A stretch of DNA of 64,000 nucleotides from a virus (IMGVR_UViG_2834368228_000004:32001-96000); one strand, 5' to 3'. Positions 40,149 to 51,937 are shown, counted from the first letter of the stretch. Numbers and translations are program-made. Notes: generated by a model not told the origin, from the sequence alone.

Positions 40149-40646
40149 CTATGATATAGCTACTTCATATAATTCCTTTTTGGCTTTCATGACATACTCA
40201 CTAGACTTATGAATCGTATACAATTGATTCTCTTGATTCGGGTATGGCTTTTCATAATGCACTTTATAACTAATTGTTTTCTCTTGAAGTAATTGAAATA
40301 CTTCTTGCCATAGATCTGCATGCTTTAAAAAACCACCATCCTTTCTCCTCCACTCTTTTTTCTCCCAGATAAACATGTTTTTATTTAATCCAGCAGATAC
40401 ATTTGGAATGTTTGTGTGAATATGAATGATAGAGCGATTTTTAATATTACGTAGGCCCTCAACGATAGCTTTAAGAGTCATACGAGTAACAGTTGTGTCT
40501 ATTGCATAGCCACCTATGTTCTTTTTATATGGAGTTCCACTTATGACAGAGTAAAGCATAGTTGCATATCCACCATTACCATCTTTATCAGCAGTTCCTG
40601 TCACATACATATCAATGCGTAGTTGATCAAATTCTTTCTTGCTCAT
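40149..40646 (-). CDS. RNase H-like protein, divergent active site
   Basis: GNGGYA, TTVTRMTLKAIVEGL, WEKKEWRRKDG...HADLWQ; several catalytic acidic residues appear substituted. Confidence 0.7.
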   Translation of the reverse strand: MSKKEFDQLRIDMYVTGTADKDGNGGYATMLYSVISGTPYKKNIGGYAIDTTVTRMTLKAIVEGLRNIKNRSIIHIHTNIPNVSAGLNKNMFIWEKKEWRRKDGGFLKHADLWQEVFQLLQEKTISYKVHYEKPYPNQENQLYTIHKSSEYVMKAKKELYEVAIS

Positions 40647-40870
40647 ACAGCAGTCCCCTCTCTTGTAGTCTTTCGTACATAATGATTAAAATAATGTTCT
40701 AAAATTGGTTTTAAGATAATCGGATTATTAACTATAGATATGAATTTCTTTCTGGTAGTCTGTAAATCTCCCTTATAAATGTAAAAAGAATAAGACTTAT
40801 AACGAATCAGTATTGCAAATTGGTTTCTATGTGATTTGATATGATAATTAACTTTTGATAAATCGATCAT
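40643..40870 (-). CDS. hypothetical protein
   Basis: 75-aa ORF with strong RBS. Confidence 0.6.
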   Translation of the reverse strand: MIDLSKVNYHIKSHRNQFAILIRYKSYSFYIYKGDLQTTRKKFISIVNNPIILKPILEHYFNHYVRKTTREGTAV

Positions 40871-40957
40871 TATTGGTTCCTCCTTCTTTCCTCTAACTGC
40901 CGATAGGCAAAAATTATCTACTTATATAGCCTATAAGCTATGTAAAATGATATATTT

Positions 40958-41243
40958 CGAGTTATTCAATAGCTAAACAATAGAGTATATCAAAGTTCGC
41001 TTTATGAACTATCATATATATCGAGTTCCATCATAGCTTATGAGATATGAAATCTTACATATAGCGAGTGTTCTCATAGTTGGTGTATTGTTTTAGACAT
41101 TGACACATGACATAAGTCGAGTTCACTCATAGGAATTGATATGTGACTTATGAGATGAAACGAGTTAATAAATAGCTTAGTATGTACGACCATTTACACA
41201 GCTGCTTACGAGCTATTAAGGAGAGCGAGCTTTTCATATGGCT
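40958..41243 (+). repeat. helically phased direct repeats CGAGTT-N5-ATAGCT
   Basis: Copies at 40958, 41022, 41065, 41118, 41161 and a degenerate one at 41226. Confidence 0.75.
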
Positions 41244-41277
41244 TTAAATATGGTTTAATATAGCTATATGAAAGGAT

Positions 41278-41886
41278 GTGAGGGTCATGGAAGTAGAATT
41301 TGTTACATTGGGGAATGCTTCAAAAATAATTGATACACCAGCTCCAACATTACGTGGTTGGGCAGACAAGCTAGAAGAGCTGCAAGTTCATTATTTAGAG
41401 CGGAATCATAGAGACGAACGAATCTTCTATGAAAGTGACATCAAGATATTTAGATACATGGCTGAACAAAAAAGCAAATATAATAGAAAGACAACAACAA
41501 CAGATATAGCCTATGTGATTGCTGAAAATGATAAATTTGAGTTGCGTCAAAAAGGTAGTGTTCCAGCAGTGCCAAAACATAAAGCTCAATTGTCAGAAAT
41601 AGACTTAGAGCATTTAGTGCAACAAAGAGATTTTCAAGAATTCATAGGTGGCATCATTCAACGTGCAACAGACGGTCTCTCGGAAGAGATAAGCGAAAAA
41701 GTATCTAATAATATGAGAGTCGAGTTAAATAACAAGCTCGATGATATTGAAGAAAGACGAATTAAAAGGATGGATCAATACCTAGCAGAGCAGCGTGAAA
41801 CACAAAAGATGATAGAAGAATACTTGAAACTTCCTGCATACAAAAAGATATTTAGTAAGAATCCGATGAAGAACACAAAAAAGTAG
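41278..41886 (+). CDS. MerR-like HTH, coiled coil and C-terminal amphipathic tail (TubY/RacA/DUF3967-like)
   Basis: ASKIIDTPAPTLRGW...ERIFYESDI, coiled coil, KLPAYKKIF. Confidence 0.7.
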   Translation: MRVMEVEFVTLGNASKIIDTPAPTLRGWADKLEELQVHYLERNHRDERIFYESDIKIFRYMAEQKSKYNRKTTTTDIAYVIAENDKFELRQKGSVPAVPKHKAQLSEIDLEHLVQQRDFQEFIGGIIQRATDGLSEEISEKVSNNMRVELNNKLDDIEERRIKRMDQYLAEQRETQKMIEEYLKLPAYKKIFSKNPMKNTKK

Positions 41887-41917
41887 TAGTGCTAATCAAA
41901 GCTCTGCTACTTTTTTG
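41879..41917. terminator. probable bidirectional intrinsic terminator
   Basis: A-tract, hairpin, T-tract between convergent genes. Confidence 0.6.
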
Positions 41918-41985
41918 TTATTTTGTTACAAAATATATTGTCTATAAATATATTGATATTTAATCACGAAACAACAAAATATTTT

Positions 41986-42459
41986 CTAACTCTTATAAAG
42001 GAAGATGTTTTTCTTATACTTATGAGAATAATACTCCAGTATTTCATGGCTTCGCTTCAACTCATAAGGGGTTAATTTCTGACCTATGAGGTAGGGGAAG
42101 CCGATCTTAATTCCTGGTGATACTTTTTTTACATCATCAGGAAGAGTGAGTAAAATATCAAACATTTTATCTAAAGATGAAGGGAAAGCACTGTAATCTA
42201 GATGACGACCTCTGCCATAAGAGTATTGACCATATAGATTGAATATAATAATAGGCTTGTCAGACTCATAGGCAAAAGATAACTCACCTAATTTTTCTTC
42301 AGGTGAGTAGGGGAGTTGGCTATCCATTGATTGAGCCATTGGATATTTGTCGTTAATTTCACTAGCTATACCATAATCCATATCTGAAAAACAATTCATA
42401 ACATGAGCTATGACCGTACAATCACTTGTTAGCAAATTAGTGTTCACAGTATATAGCAT
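41986..42459 (-). CDS. macro domain protein (phage Poa1p/Appr-1-p type)
   Basis: IAHVMNC...MDYGIA...FNLYGQ...IGFPYLIG. Confidence 0.75.
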   Translation of the reverse strand: MLYTVNTNLLTSDCTVIAHVMNCFSDMDYGIASEINDKYPMAQSMDSQLPYSPEEKLGELSFAYESDKPIIIFNLYGQYSYGRGRHLDYSAFPSSLDKMFDILLTLPDDVKKVSPGIKIGFPYLIGQKLTPYELKRSHEILEYYSHKYKKNIFLYKS

Positions 42460-42705
42460 AACTAATTCACCACTCGTATAACTATCCAGCCCTTTGGCTT
42501 ATTCAATAATGAACCGGTATATACAATAGATTCAACAAAACCACTTTTTGGGCAGGTTCTCTCAATCAGATATTTTTTAAAATACATAAAATCACTCCTT
42601 ATAGATATTCTTCACATACAGGACAAGAAATCTCTTCTTTTTCAAATATTACTACACGTTCATTTGAACAAACAGAGCAATCCATAAAAAACATCTCCTC
42701 ATAAT

Positions 42706-43146
42706 TTAAATATCTATTTTAGATTCCAAAAAATCTTGTATGTGATAGGGTGATAGCTCACCATCATAAGTCACTACACAAGGACATTCTTTACGAAAGA
42801 AAAAGATATCAGTTGTAAGTCTTTCAATTTGAGGATTCTTAGTTGCATAATACAACTCACTTTCAGCTATGATATGAAAGTCATAGCTTTTTAATAGTGA
42901 GGTATGTATTGGTTCATTGTTAGTTGGTTCTTCATTATAAAATGATATTAATGTTTTCGTATTTAGCTCACCCATATATTCTATATTATGAGATTGAGAG
43001 CGAGCTATATATAGGCTGTGATTCTCACGTTTATAAATTCCGATATCAACCATATCGAATCGGAAAGTTACTTTCTCTTCCTCTAAAAGATGCTGCCAGA
43101 TAGGGGAGGAGATTATAGAGCCAATGTATATGTCATTATTATTCAT
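42706..43146 (-). CDS. hypothetical protein
   Basis: 146-aa ORF. Confidence 0.6.
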   Translation of the reverse strand: MNNNDIYIGSIISSPIWQHLLEEEKVTFRFDMVDIGIYKRENHSLYIARSQSHNIEYMGELNTKTLISFYNEEPTNNEPIHTSLLKSYDFHIIAESELYYATKNPQIERLTTDIFFFRKECPCVVTYDGELSPYHIQDFLESKIDI

Positions 43147-43162
43147 ATTTTATCAATCCATA

Positions 43163-43453
43163 CTAATTAGTAATTTCCTCATTGTTTGGCTTAAAAAATT
43201 CAACACAATCAACTTTAACAATTTTCAAGTCGCTTCTATGTGCTTTAAACTTTTTACCATTTACAGATTTAAAGGTAAAATTATTGTGCTTATTATTATA
43301 GAACATATCTTTATCGAAATGGGGATCAATGTTTTTAAGATACGCTTTAAAAACCATACGTTTACTTCTGTATGTCCATATACTAAGAGTTACAACAACA
43401 TCTTTTGATTTAGATATTTCTCTTAAAAGCTGTTTATAATTATAAAACTGCAT
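43163..43453 (-). CDS. hypothetical basic protein
   Basis: Probable start MQFYNY after AGGA. Confidence 0.5.
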   Translation of the reverse strand: MQFYNYKQLLREISKSKDVVVTLSIWTYRSKRMVFKAYLKNIDPHFDKDMFYNNKHNNFTFKSVNGKKFKAHRSDLKIVKVDCVEFFKPNNEEITN

Positions 43454-44186
43454 GTTTATTTCCTTTCTCAACAGAATGAACAATATAGTTATCTTCATTG
43501 ATTTCTAGACAATTGAGTTGACCACTATATGCACAGCCACCATCAATTCCGATACGTTTTCCAACAAAAAAAGGTTCATGAGAGTCATGAAAATTGATAC
43601 ACGGTGTATGGCCGTGTACAATTGTGAAATCATGAGGATGTTCTTTTTTATAAAAATCCTCTCTAATCCAAATCATTTCTTCAGCTGGAGTAAGAATCCA
43701 ATCAGATAGAGATGGATCAATACCTGCATGAACAAATAAATAGTTATCTAATTTATGGAAAAGAGGAAGGTGATAAAAGAATCTAACATGCTCACTAAAA
43801 TTATTGTTAATAAACTTCCTTGCTTCATGTAAAGATTCAAAAGTCACTCCTTCAGTAAACCATTCATACCCAACATAGCTTTCAATTGTAGAAAGTCCAC
43901 CATTTGATAAAAACAGTTGATCATTAACACCACTATTTGTAAGTAAAAAATCCAAAAACATTTGATCGTGGTTACCACGTAATGCAATAGCTCCATCATC
44001 TACTAGATTCATAATTAAATCAATAACTTGCTTTGACTTCTGACCACGATCAACATAATCACCAACTAAAATTAATTGATGTTTATAAGAATTATAATTC
44101 ACCTTATGCAGTATCTCCTTAAGCTGGTCATAACATCCATGTATATCACTTATTGCTAATATAGTCTTTTTCATATAAATCCTCAT
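43440..44186 (-). CDS. Ser/Thr protein phosphatase (calcineurin-like metallophosphoesterase)
   Basis: SDIHG, GDYVDRG, RGNHD, VHAG, HGHTP, IDGGC. Confidence 0.92.
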   Translation of the reverse strand: MRIYMKKTILAISDIHGCYDQLKEILHKVNYNSYKHQLILVGDYVDRGQKSKQVIDLIMNLVDDGAIALRGNHDQMFLDFLLTNSGVNDQLFLSNGGLSTIESYVGYEWFTEGVTFESLHEARKFINNNFSEHVRFFYHLPLFHKLDNYLFVHAGIDPSLSDWILTPAEEMIWIREDFYKKEHPHDFTIVHGHTPCINFHDSHEPFFVGKRIGIDGGCAYSGQLNCLEINEDNYIVHSVEKGNKHAVL

Positions 44187-44189
44187 TTC

Positions 44190-44522
44190 TTAGGGTTCTA
44201 AAATATCTGTCAAAGAAAGTCCAGTATTGTCAATAATCTCTTTATCAAGAGCTTCAAAATACGTGTGTAAACTGCCTTCTAAATTAATATCTAAATAGCA
44301 AGCAGCCATTATTACACTGGTTAAAAGACTAGATAATTCAGGACCTAAATCAGCAGTATTTCTTTTCAAAAGCTTTGTTGATAACTTACCTAAATCAGAT
44401 GTGATTTTCAATATTTGACCAGATGCAAGTTTAAATCTTTTACTATCACTAGTTTCAGATAGCGGTCCATCAAAATGGTCATTCAATGCTATTAACGCTT
44501 GCTGTATATTTTCAATTTGCAT
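44190..44522 (-). CDS. hypothetical protein, possibly degenerate MazG-like
   Basis: Helical pattern ELSSLL...LDINLE. Confidence 0.5.
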   Translation of the reverse strand: MQIENIQQALIALNDHFDGPLSETSDSKRFKLASGQILKITSDLGKLSTKLLKRNTADLGPELSSLLTSVIMAACYLDINLEGSLHTYFEALDKEIIDNTGLSLTDILEP

Positions 44523-44582
44523 ATTTAATTTTTCTCCTTTATTTATATAGTATTTATGTTATGTGTTTAACGACAGTTATTA

Positions 44583-44879
44583 TTACCAATCATAGTAGGG
44601 GAGGTATTCAGCAATTTCTACATCTCTATCAAAAATAATCCATTCTGCTTCCATAACTAGACATGTAGATATAACATAAGCAAGACTATAGGGAAGAGAC
44701 ATTAAATCTATTTCATCTGTTATAGGAATAAACCAGCCATACTCTGATTTTGGATAAATGATTAAGTCTCCAGGGCCAAAACCTGTAGAGACCCATTGTT
44801 CTATTTGTTGAGCCACATCTTCTTTAAGATGAGAAGTAGATAGCTCAACAGCTTTAAATGTTCTTGGTGATTTAATCAT
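44583..44879 (-). CDS. DUF5983-like phage protein
   Basis: ELSTSHL, YGWFI, WIIFDRD, LPYYDW; start revised. Confidence 0.65.
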   Translation of the reverse strand: MIKSPRTFKAVELSTSHLKEDVAQQIEQWVSTGFGPGDLIIYPKSEYGWFIPITDEIDLMSLPYSLAYVISTCLVMEAEWIIFDRDVEIAEYLPYYDW

Positions 44880-47800
44880 TATAAACAACCTCCTTGATAT
44901 CGTTAATCTTACAGATTTCTTTAATGATACGTGTTTGTTTATCTTCATCCATATCATAATCCAAATCATAAGTATCAAGAGTATCAAAATCTTCTTGCTC
45001 ATTATCACTGTGGAGATAGACTTGAAAATACCCTTCATCACTAGACTCCTGAAGTGATACGTGATAAATATCCGTAACTTCTTCTAACATTTCCTCAATC
45101 TTTTCTCTTACATCTGCTTGATGTCCTGATAGAATCATTTCACCCTTTACATATAGCTCATAATCTTTTTCGCCCCACTTATAGTAGTCTGGCTTATTTT
45201 GCTTACCTGATTTATCTAGCAATTCCATAGTAATATAGGGGACATCTTCATCATTGTGCACTGTTCTATAAAACGTTTTAAACTTTTCTTCTATATTTTT
45301 ATCTTCTAAAGCCTTGTGTTTCACATGTTTAAGGAAGTCGTAATACATAAACTCACTGACAGACACTTCCTTTCCTTCAAGTAAGCTTTCTATATATCCA
45401 TCAAATCGTTCTTGGCTCACAATAAAACCCCCAATTATTATTTACTTCACAGCATTAGCCGACAGGCGGTTTAGATTTAATCATTTCCTTTCTGAGTTTC
45501 AAAACCTTTGATCTGCCACCATCCGTAGGATTCCTTGTCTGCTTCCTCATCATAATGTGCCAGTTGCCCAGAGCTATAACCTTTATTAATCATATGCTTG
45601 ATGTAGTCTTCATCAATTTCAGATAGATTCTTGTTCTCATCCATTTCAAACCAGTATTCGATTTCATGAAATAGAAGCATAGCCTTCATAATTGTACTCT
45701 CCTTTACTATTGATACTGTTCAATAGTTCATTTCTTATGTGCTCCTTTTCAATTGCTAACATAAATGGATATCACCAAGAACTTTTAGTTTATTGTAATC
45801 ACGTTTATTACTTTTTGCTTTTATAATATATATATATATATAATGGCAACTACTATTATAATCTTTATCTTCAACCTTTTTTATGATTTCAGTCTGAATA
45901 CTTTTTGCATTATATTCCAAGTAGTCAATTACTTCGTTATCATCTTCTCCCCAGGTTTTAATCCTAAAGGATTTATTAAATAGCATGATTTTCTCCTTTT
46001 TTAGAAGACAACACTAAGGGAAGGGGATTACCTGAAGCGTCAGTCTTAGATAAGACTTCAATCATTGCATGTTCATAAAATAAAGTTTTATCTATGTTGT
46101 TATGCTTTGAGATAACATCATATGAATACTGACGGATTTCATCGTCCGAGAGCTCAGTCATATTAGAATGATAGAGAGTATACGTAAGAGTTAACTCGTC
46201 TTCTAAGATAAAGCTAACTTTATATTCTTGTTCAGACAATACTGGAGCGGCCAGTTTAGTTTCTATAGAACGCAATTCATTAGTAAATCCATACATGACG
46301 GCTAACTGCTGAATCTCTTGACTACCAATAAAAGAAGCCAATAATTTATTGTTGATAGATTTATTCATTTTCATTCTCCTTTTCTCGATAAAATTATAGA
46401 TTTTAAATTAAAATGTTATTTTCAATAATCAAAATACCTAAAAAACCAGATACAGTTGAGACTACTTTCATACTCCCTTTCTCTACTATTATATGCCCCT
46501 TATTTGCACCAAATAGAAAATCGTTAGGTGATTCATACTGTAGCTCTAAGTTATCAATATGAAACTGGTTACTTAATGCTCTCTTTATTTTATCTAACAT
46601 TCTCTTCTCTCTCCTTTTTGGATAAAATTATAGTTTTAACCTGTTTTTAAATAGGATTGCAAATGATTCTTTGAAGCTCTCTGCTAAGTTTTCATCAAAG
46701 AATCGAACACCTTCAATAAAATCATAAACTTGATTTTCAAATGTTCTTGCTTTGTCTTGATTATTTGGTTTAATAGCCCATTCCCAGTAACCAACATATT
46801 GTTTAAACTCTTTTTCGATCTCTTGATTTGATAAAATTCGCTCTCTTTCATAATCCAATACTTTTGCATCTGTTTCTGAATTTTTAACTCCAAATGCTTT
46901 ACGGATGATGCTAATTTGTATCATTACACGTTGACTTTGTTCTCTGGTGTACAATGGTTGGGTATCTAATTCAATAACTTTTTTCATTAATTCTTTATTA
47001 TTCATTTGTTATTCCTCCAAACAATTAATGTACGTGCCTTTCTAGATATAATTTCATAGCATCAAAAAACAATTCAGTAAGAATATATCTCTGATCTACA
47101 TCTGTTGGTTCAATAATATTATTATCTATAAAAAACTTAAGTGAATTAACATATGCCTTTTCTTCACTTTCAGGAGAAATAATAGCAACTTTAGAACGTT
47201 CATCTTCAATCTTAACTTCTTCAATCAATTGCCATGCAAGTGTAGCGATAGTAATAGCTTCATGTTTTTTATTCATATCGATAGTCAATGTAATTACTCC
47301 TTTATATTTTATTCGAACTATGCACTAACTTTTTTTAAAACATTCTTCACGATATAATTGCCCATCTATCAATAACCAACCTTCTTTATACTGTTGTGCC
47401 TTGTACATTTCGCCTAGTATAAAGTCGTAATTGTTATGCCATTTAACATAAATAACATCCATCGTCTAACACCTCACTGGTTCGGATTTTATTCGGACTA
47501 TGCAGTAACTTTTAATTGTTCGTTTGCTAATTTAATGCCTAATAGATAAGCCACGAAACACATTGGCAACTTCTTTCCGAATTCGGATAAGATTGAAAAA
47601 TCTTCGCCATCGAAATAATAAAATGAGTTGTCCATATAATAATTAAAAAGCTCTCTTTCCAATTCTTTTGGTGTACATACGGATTCTATAGTGCCTTTCA
47701 GAAATTTATATATTTCTTTAGCTTCTTTAAGCGACTTATCTTCTGCATCATAAGTATTTTCTTCATACCAATCTTTCAAATCGTTTTTGGCTTTCCGTTC

Positions 47801-50642
47801 ATCAAAATACCAGCGTTCTCTTGAATGGCATGATAGTTTTCCTAGCAAATATCCTAGATCTATATTGTTAAAACTTTGCGGAGTAGCTATCCATGTCAAA
47901 TTGAAAATTGCATCACCAATATCTCCTGAAACATATAATCTTGAACCGCAGAAAATATATCTTACTGAATAAATAGATGTTCCTGGCTCTCTCCAATCTA
48001 AGATAGTTATACCGTCATACTCAGTTATTTTTGCTTCATGATTATTGAACCATTTATCCTTTATTTCCTGTTCCATTTCTTCAATTTCTCTCATTTTTAC
48101 CACCCTTTCAATGCTTTGTATTTTCTATCAAATTCGAATTAGTTATTCTCATAAAACATTATAAGCTTCGATGGTTCTTGTTCCACTGGTTGAAGTTTCA
48201 CTTTCGTATAATCAACCTTATATAATTCATCAGTGTCTACTTCAAATCGACCCATCTTTTTTACAACAAAAGCCAAGAAGTGTTGGGCCTGAGCTTTCTG
48301 CCTTTCTAATTCTCTTATTTGTTTCTCAGTTTCCTTTAACCTGTCGATAACATCTTGAAACATAACAATCCTCCTATACAAATAAATTAAGTTCCTCTAT
48401 CTTTTCAAACAGATTAGTATATAAAGTAGAGTTCTTTGGAATCTTAGTAAACTCTGTTCTGTTATCATCAAGCTGTTTCATCTTAAAGAAGTCTGATGAT
48501 AACAGAAAACCAAACAATTCCTCATCGTTATGTCCAAGAATGGAAGACACATCATGTAGCTCTTCAAAGTTATGTAATAAGCAATACAAGTAATCACGAT
48601 AATATAGATCATTTTGAAGAACAAACTTATCTGTCTTAAGAAGACTATCCTCTAAACTTTCAAGGACAGATTTATCTATCCAATGAATAGGGTCATGCAA
48701 GTAACTTAGATCTCCATCTTCATCAAAAGGAATTATATCTAAAACATCGTCTTTAGCATTGCTCATATCAAACACTCCTCCAAATAGTTAATCATACGTA
48801 AATATATTTCCGGTCACGCAATAGCTCTTCAGTAATTTCACCAGAAGGAATAGCTTTCTTAGCTAACTCTAATAACTCAGAGTCCTTACCTTGAATGACA
48901 ATACGAACTCCTTTTTTAGAATTATATACATTTACTTGAACGGTATCGATTGTATCAAATCCTTCAAGAATACATTGAACACCATATGAAATAGGCTTTC
49001 TTTCACAAACAACAGCATTAATGCCAGAAGCCCAACTACCAACAAATCCATTAACTAATGCATTAAACAATTCGTCTTTATTCAATAGAAAAACCTCCAA
49101 TATAATATATCTACCATGAAATCCACATAGCAACTACGTCACCATTTTCAAGTCCTAATATTTCAGACATTGCCTTGAAATACATTTCAATTTCATCTAA
49201 CTCAACATTTTCTCGATGATCCCAATCTATATGCATTCGTATGTACATATCATTATGAACACGATACCTTGAGAGGATGTACTTCTTCCAGAAATCATCC
49301 TTACTCATATACCCATTAGCCTCCATATGATACATAACTTTGAATAAATCAAAGACACGATTATCTTTAATCTCTAAGACATCAGTATTACATTTAGGGC
49401 AAAACAACTCATAGTGCATCTCGAGAACATAACCACAATTCTTACATTCTCCGTAGTGCATAGTAAAAACCTTCTTTCTCTAATTATGGAATATTCAGAC
49501 ACTTACACTCCTCCTAAAAGAAAAAGATATACCTCTTACTAATAGGGGAGAGACATACATACTTAACCTATAAAGAAACAATACTCACAACAACCATGTG
49601 CTTGAAAGAAATCTGACTCTGTATTATCACAAGAGCAATCATCATTCTTCTTTGATTCATCTACAATATCATTAGACTGCATTATGCAACCTCCTCACAT
49701 AAGTCATCTACATAATGCCATATCTCACCAACAAATTGGTCAACTAAATCTCCATCAGCTTCAACAAATACACTCATTGAAGTCTTATTAGAGTAACCAA
49801 ACTCTTTTACAAGTTTACGTAAGAAATCTTCTAGGCTACTATGATCATGAAAACTAATCATTCTATTGCTAACAACTAAAGTATACTCATGCATAAATTA
49901 ACCTCCAATATAATATAATGCTTACAATCATTTATTATTAAGTGAATAAGAAGACATTAACTCCTCTTGTTTACAAGCACAACCACCAAAGGGGTCTTCC
50001 AGTGTACGGCATTTCAAACAGCAAGAACTATCCTGCATTTCATCAATAATATAATCAGATTGCATCAACATAAACAACACTCCTATTATAATAATACTTC
50101 TACACAATTAGCCGACAGGCAATTATTCAATACTATACAATTCATTAAAATAAACATACCATTCATCTAGCTTAGATAATATGCGTTTATTAATTAACGT
50201 ATAACGCTTATGAGAACTTTCAAGAAGCAGGTCTTCATAGTAATAGATTACCTCATGATAGTTATATAAATCTTCGATGTTATTATCCATTACCATACAC
50301 TCCTGCTGTTTAAAGAATATTCAGACATCTATACAAGCCACCCCAATTTTAAAAGAGTGGTTAATAATACATATCAGAGAGGGGATAGTATGTAAGTATA
50401 ATATAAAGACTATGTAAGAAATATTAATCCCCTCTAACTACTAGAAACTATATAGCAAATGTTATCTCATCTTTACCAACAGATTCATCTACTACATCAA
50501 TAGAATGAAAATACCATTCGTCTATCTTTCTTTCTAATCGACTAAGCTTTCTTTGATCCCCTTGTGGTTTCAACTTGTTTTGAATAAGCTCTTCATAATA
50601 CCCTAACCTATAGTGGAACTTGGCACATTCTCTCTCTGTCAT
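44872..50642 (-). other. array of about 16 small leftward hypothetical genes (44872..45420, 45477..45689, 45756..45986, 45976..46374, 46403..46600, 46628..47005, 47025..47288, 47498..48103, 48139..48381, 48374..48775, 48792..49133, 49111..49461, 49682..49894, 50448..50642 and shorter ones)
   Basis: Tightly packed ORFs, most with a clear RBS; typical phage early or accessory region. Confidence 0.7.
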
Positions 50643-51937
50643 GCTAATACCTTCTCCTTTGTTATTCTATCTCTTTTATATATTTATATCTTCGTAACTG
50701 CCGATAGGCATCCCAAATTAAGTTCGATTAACTTACTATGTAATACACTACATCATCATAACACACAATACATTAGATTATAGTAAATATCTATACGAAC
50801 ACATACGAACAAATAGTGAACAATTTGTGACAGTTAAAGTATAATGTAGCGAAACCTTAGGAATTCCCCGTCTTAATACTATGTGAGAGGGTTTTACAAC
50901 AAACATCGAAAACTAACAGTGAAAACCTCATACTTACAGTGTAGGCATAATGAAAAAAGATAGCCTCATCAAAAAGATAGCAAACTACTAGAGAAAATGT
51001 AATACTCTTCAAGAATAGTCCTCCAAGTATAGAAAGCTACGACACCATCATCGAGTTAACCGGTACCTCCCAGCCATAGCGTGAGGATGATGTCGTCCGT
51101 GGCCCCCGTATGCCCTTTTGGAAACAGCATAAATCTAAAACCTTCGAGTCAATGTATGTACGTTTGACAAGGGAGTAAGAAAATTGATACCACCAAGCTT
51201 TCATATAGTATTTCCCTCGTGTTCCGCTTCCATATATAACCGCCATACATATAAGTGACATCACCATAAAATACATACTTCTTACCACAATAGCATGACA
51301 GTGCTCATACTTCTTAACACTAATAAAATACGCCAATACTATATAGTATGCTGTCAACATATCACCTATAGATGACACACCTTACATAGTACACTGACAG
51401 TATGGTCGCCTGTAGTAAACTTGGGGAATGTAGGGTGCCGGCAGTGTTGCCGATAATAATAAACCCACCACATGTAGGAGCTACCACACCCACTGGGAGG
51501 TGAATGAGATTGTCTGACGGGAGTTGCAATGTTACCGAAGGTTAAATGTCACGTTGGCATCAGGGAAGCTGAGAGAGCCTTCTATTTAATCCTGAGCGGT
51601 TTAGCGATAAGAAGGATGGTAGCATGCGGTGTGTGTGGGTGTTGAGTAGAACACGTACAATGTGTGAGTGTTCGGATGGTGGCGTACGGATAATGCGAGA
51701 CTGATATATACTTTTGCTCGGTCAAAGTATGCTATGTGTGTGGTGAAAGGCGAACAATGATAGGGAGCGGATGGTGTGGATAGCCTTCTCCGAAGGTAGA
51801 GAGGGAGGGAGAGAGGGTAGTATGTTGAGGGTTATCATATATGAGGATGTAGCATGCACACCCGAAGGGTGGGAGAACCCCTATCCGAAGGAGTTCTCCA
51901 TTGTCATACTTGGGTGATTAAGCTATAATTACAGTTA

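Noticed and set aside
40958-41243. Repeat array as a CRISPR
   Set aside because: Repeats are short, gapped, degenerate and irregularly spaced; no cas genes are present
45826-45842. (AT)8 microsatellite inside ORF 45756..45986 as a phase-variation switch
   Set aside because: A single instance in AT-rich DNA with the frame open; cannot be distinguished from chance or an assembly artefact
51037-51378. 113-aa minus-strand ORF in the skewed tract
   Set aside because: No convincing RBS; composition reflects the nucleotide skew
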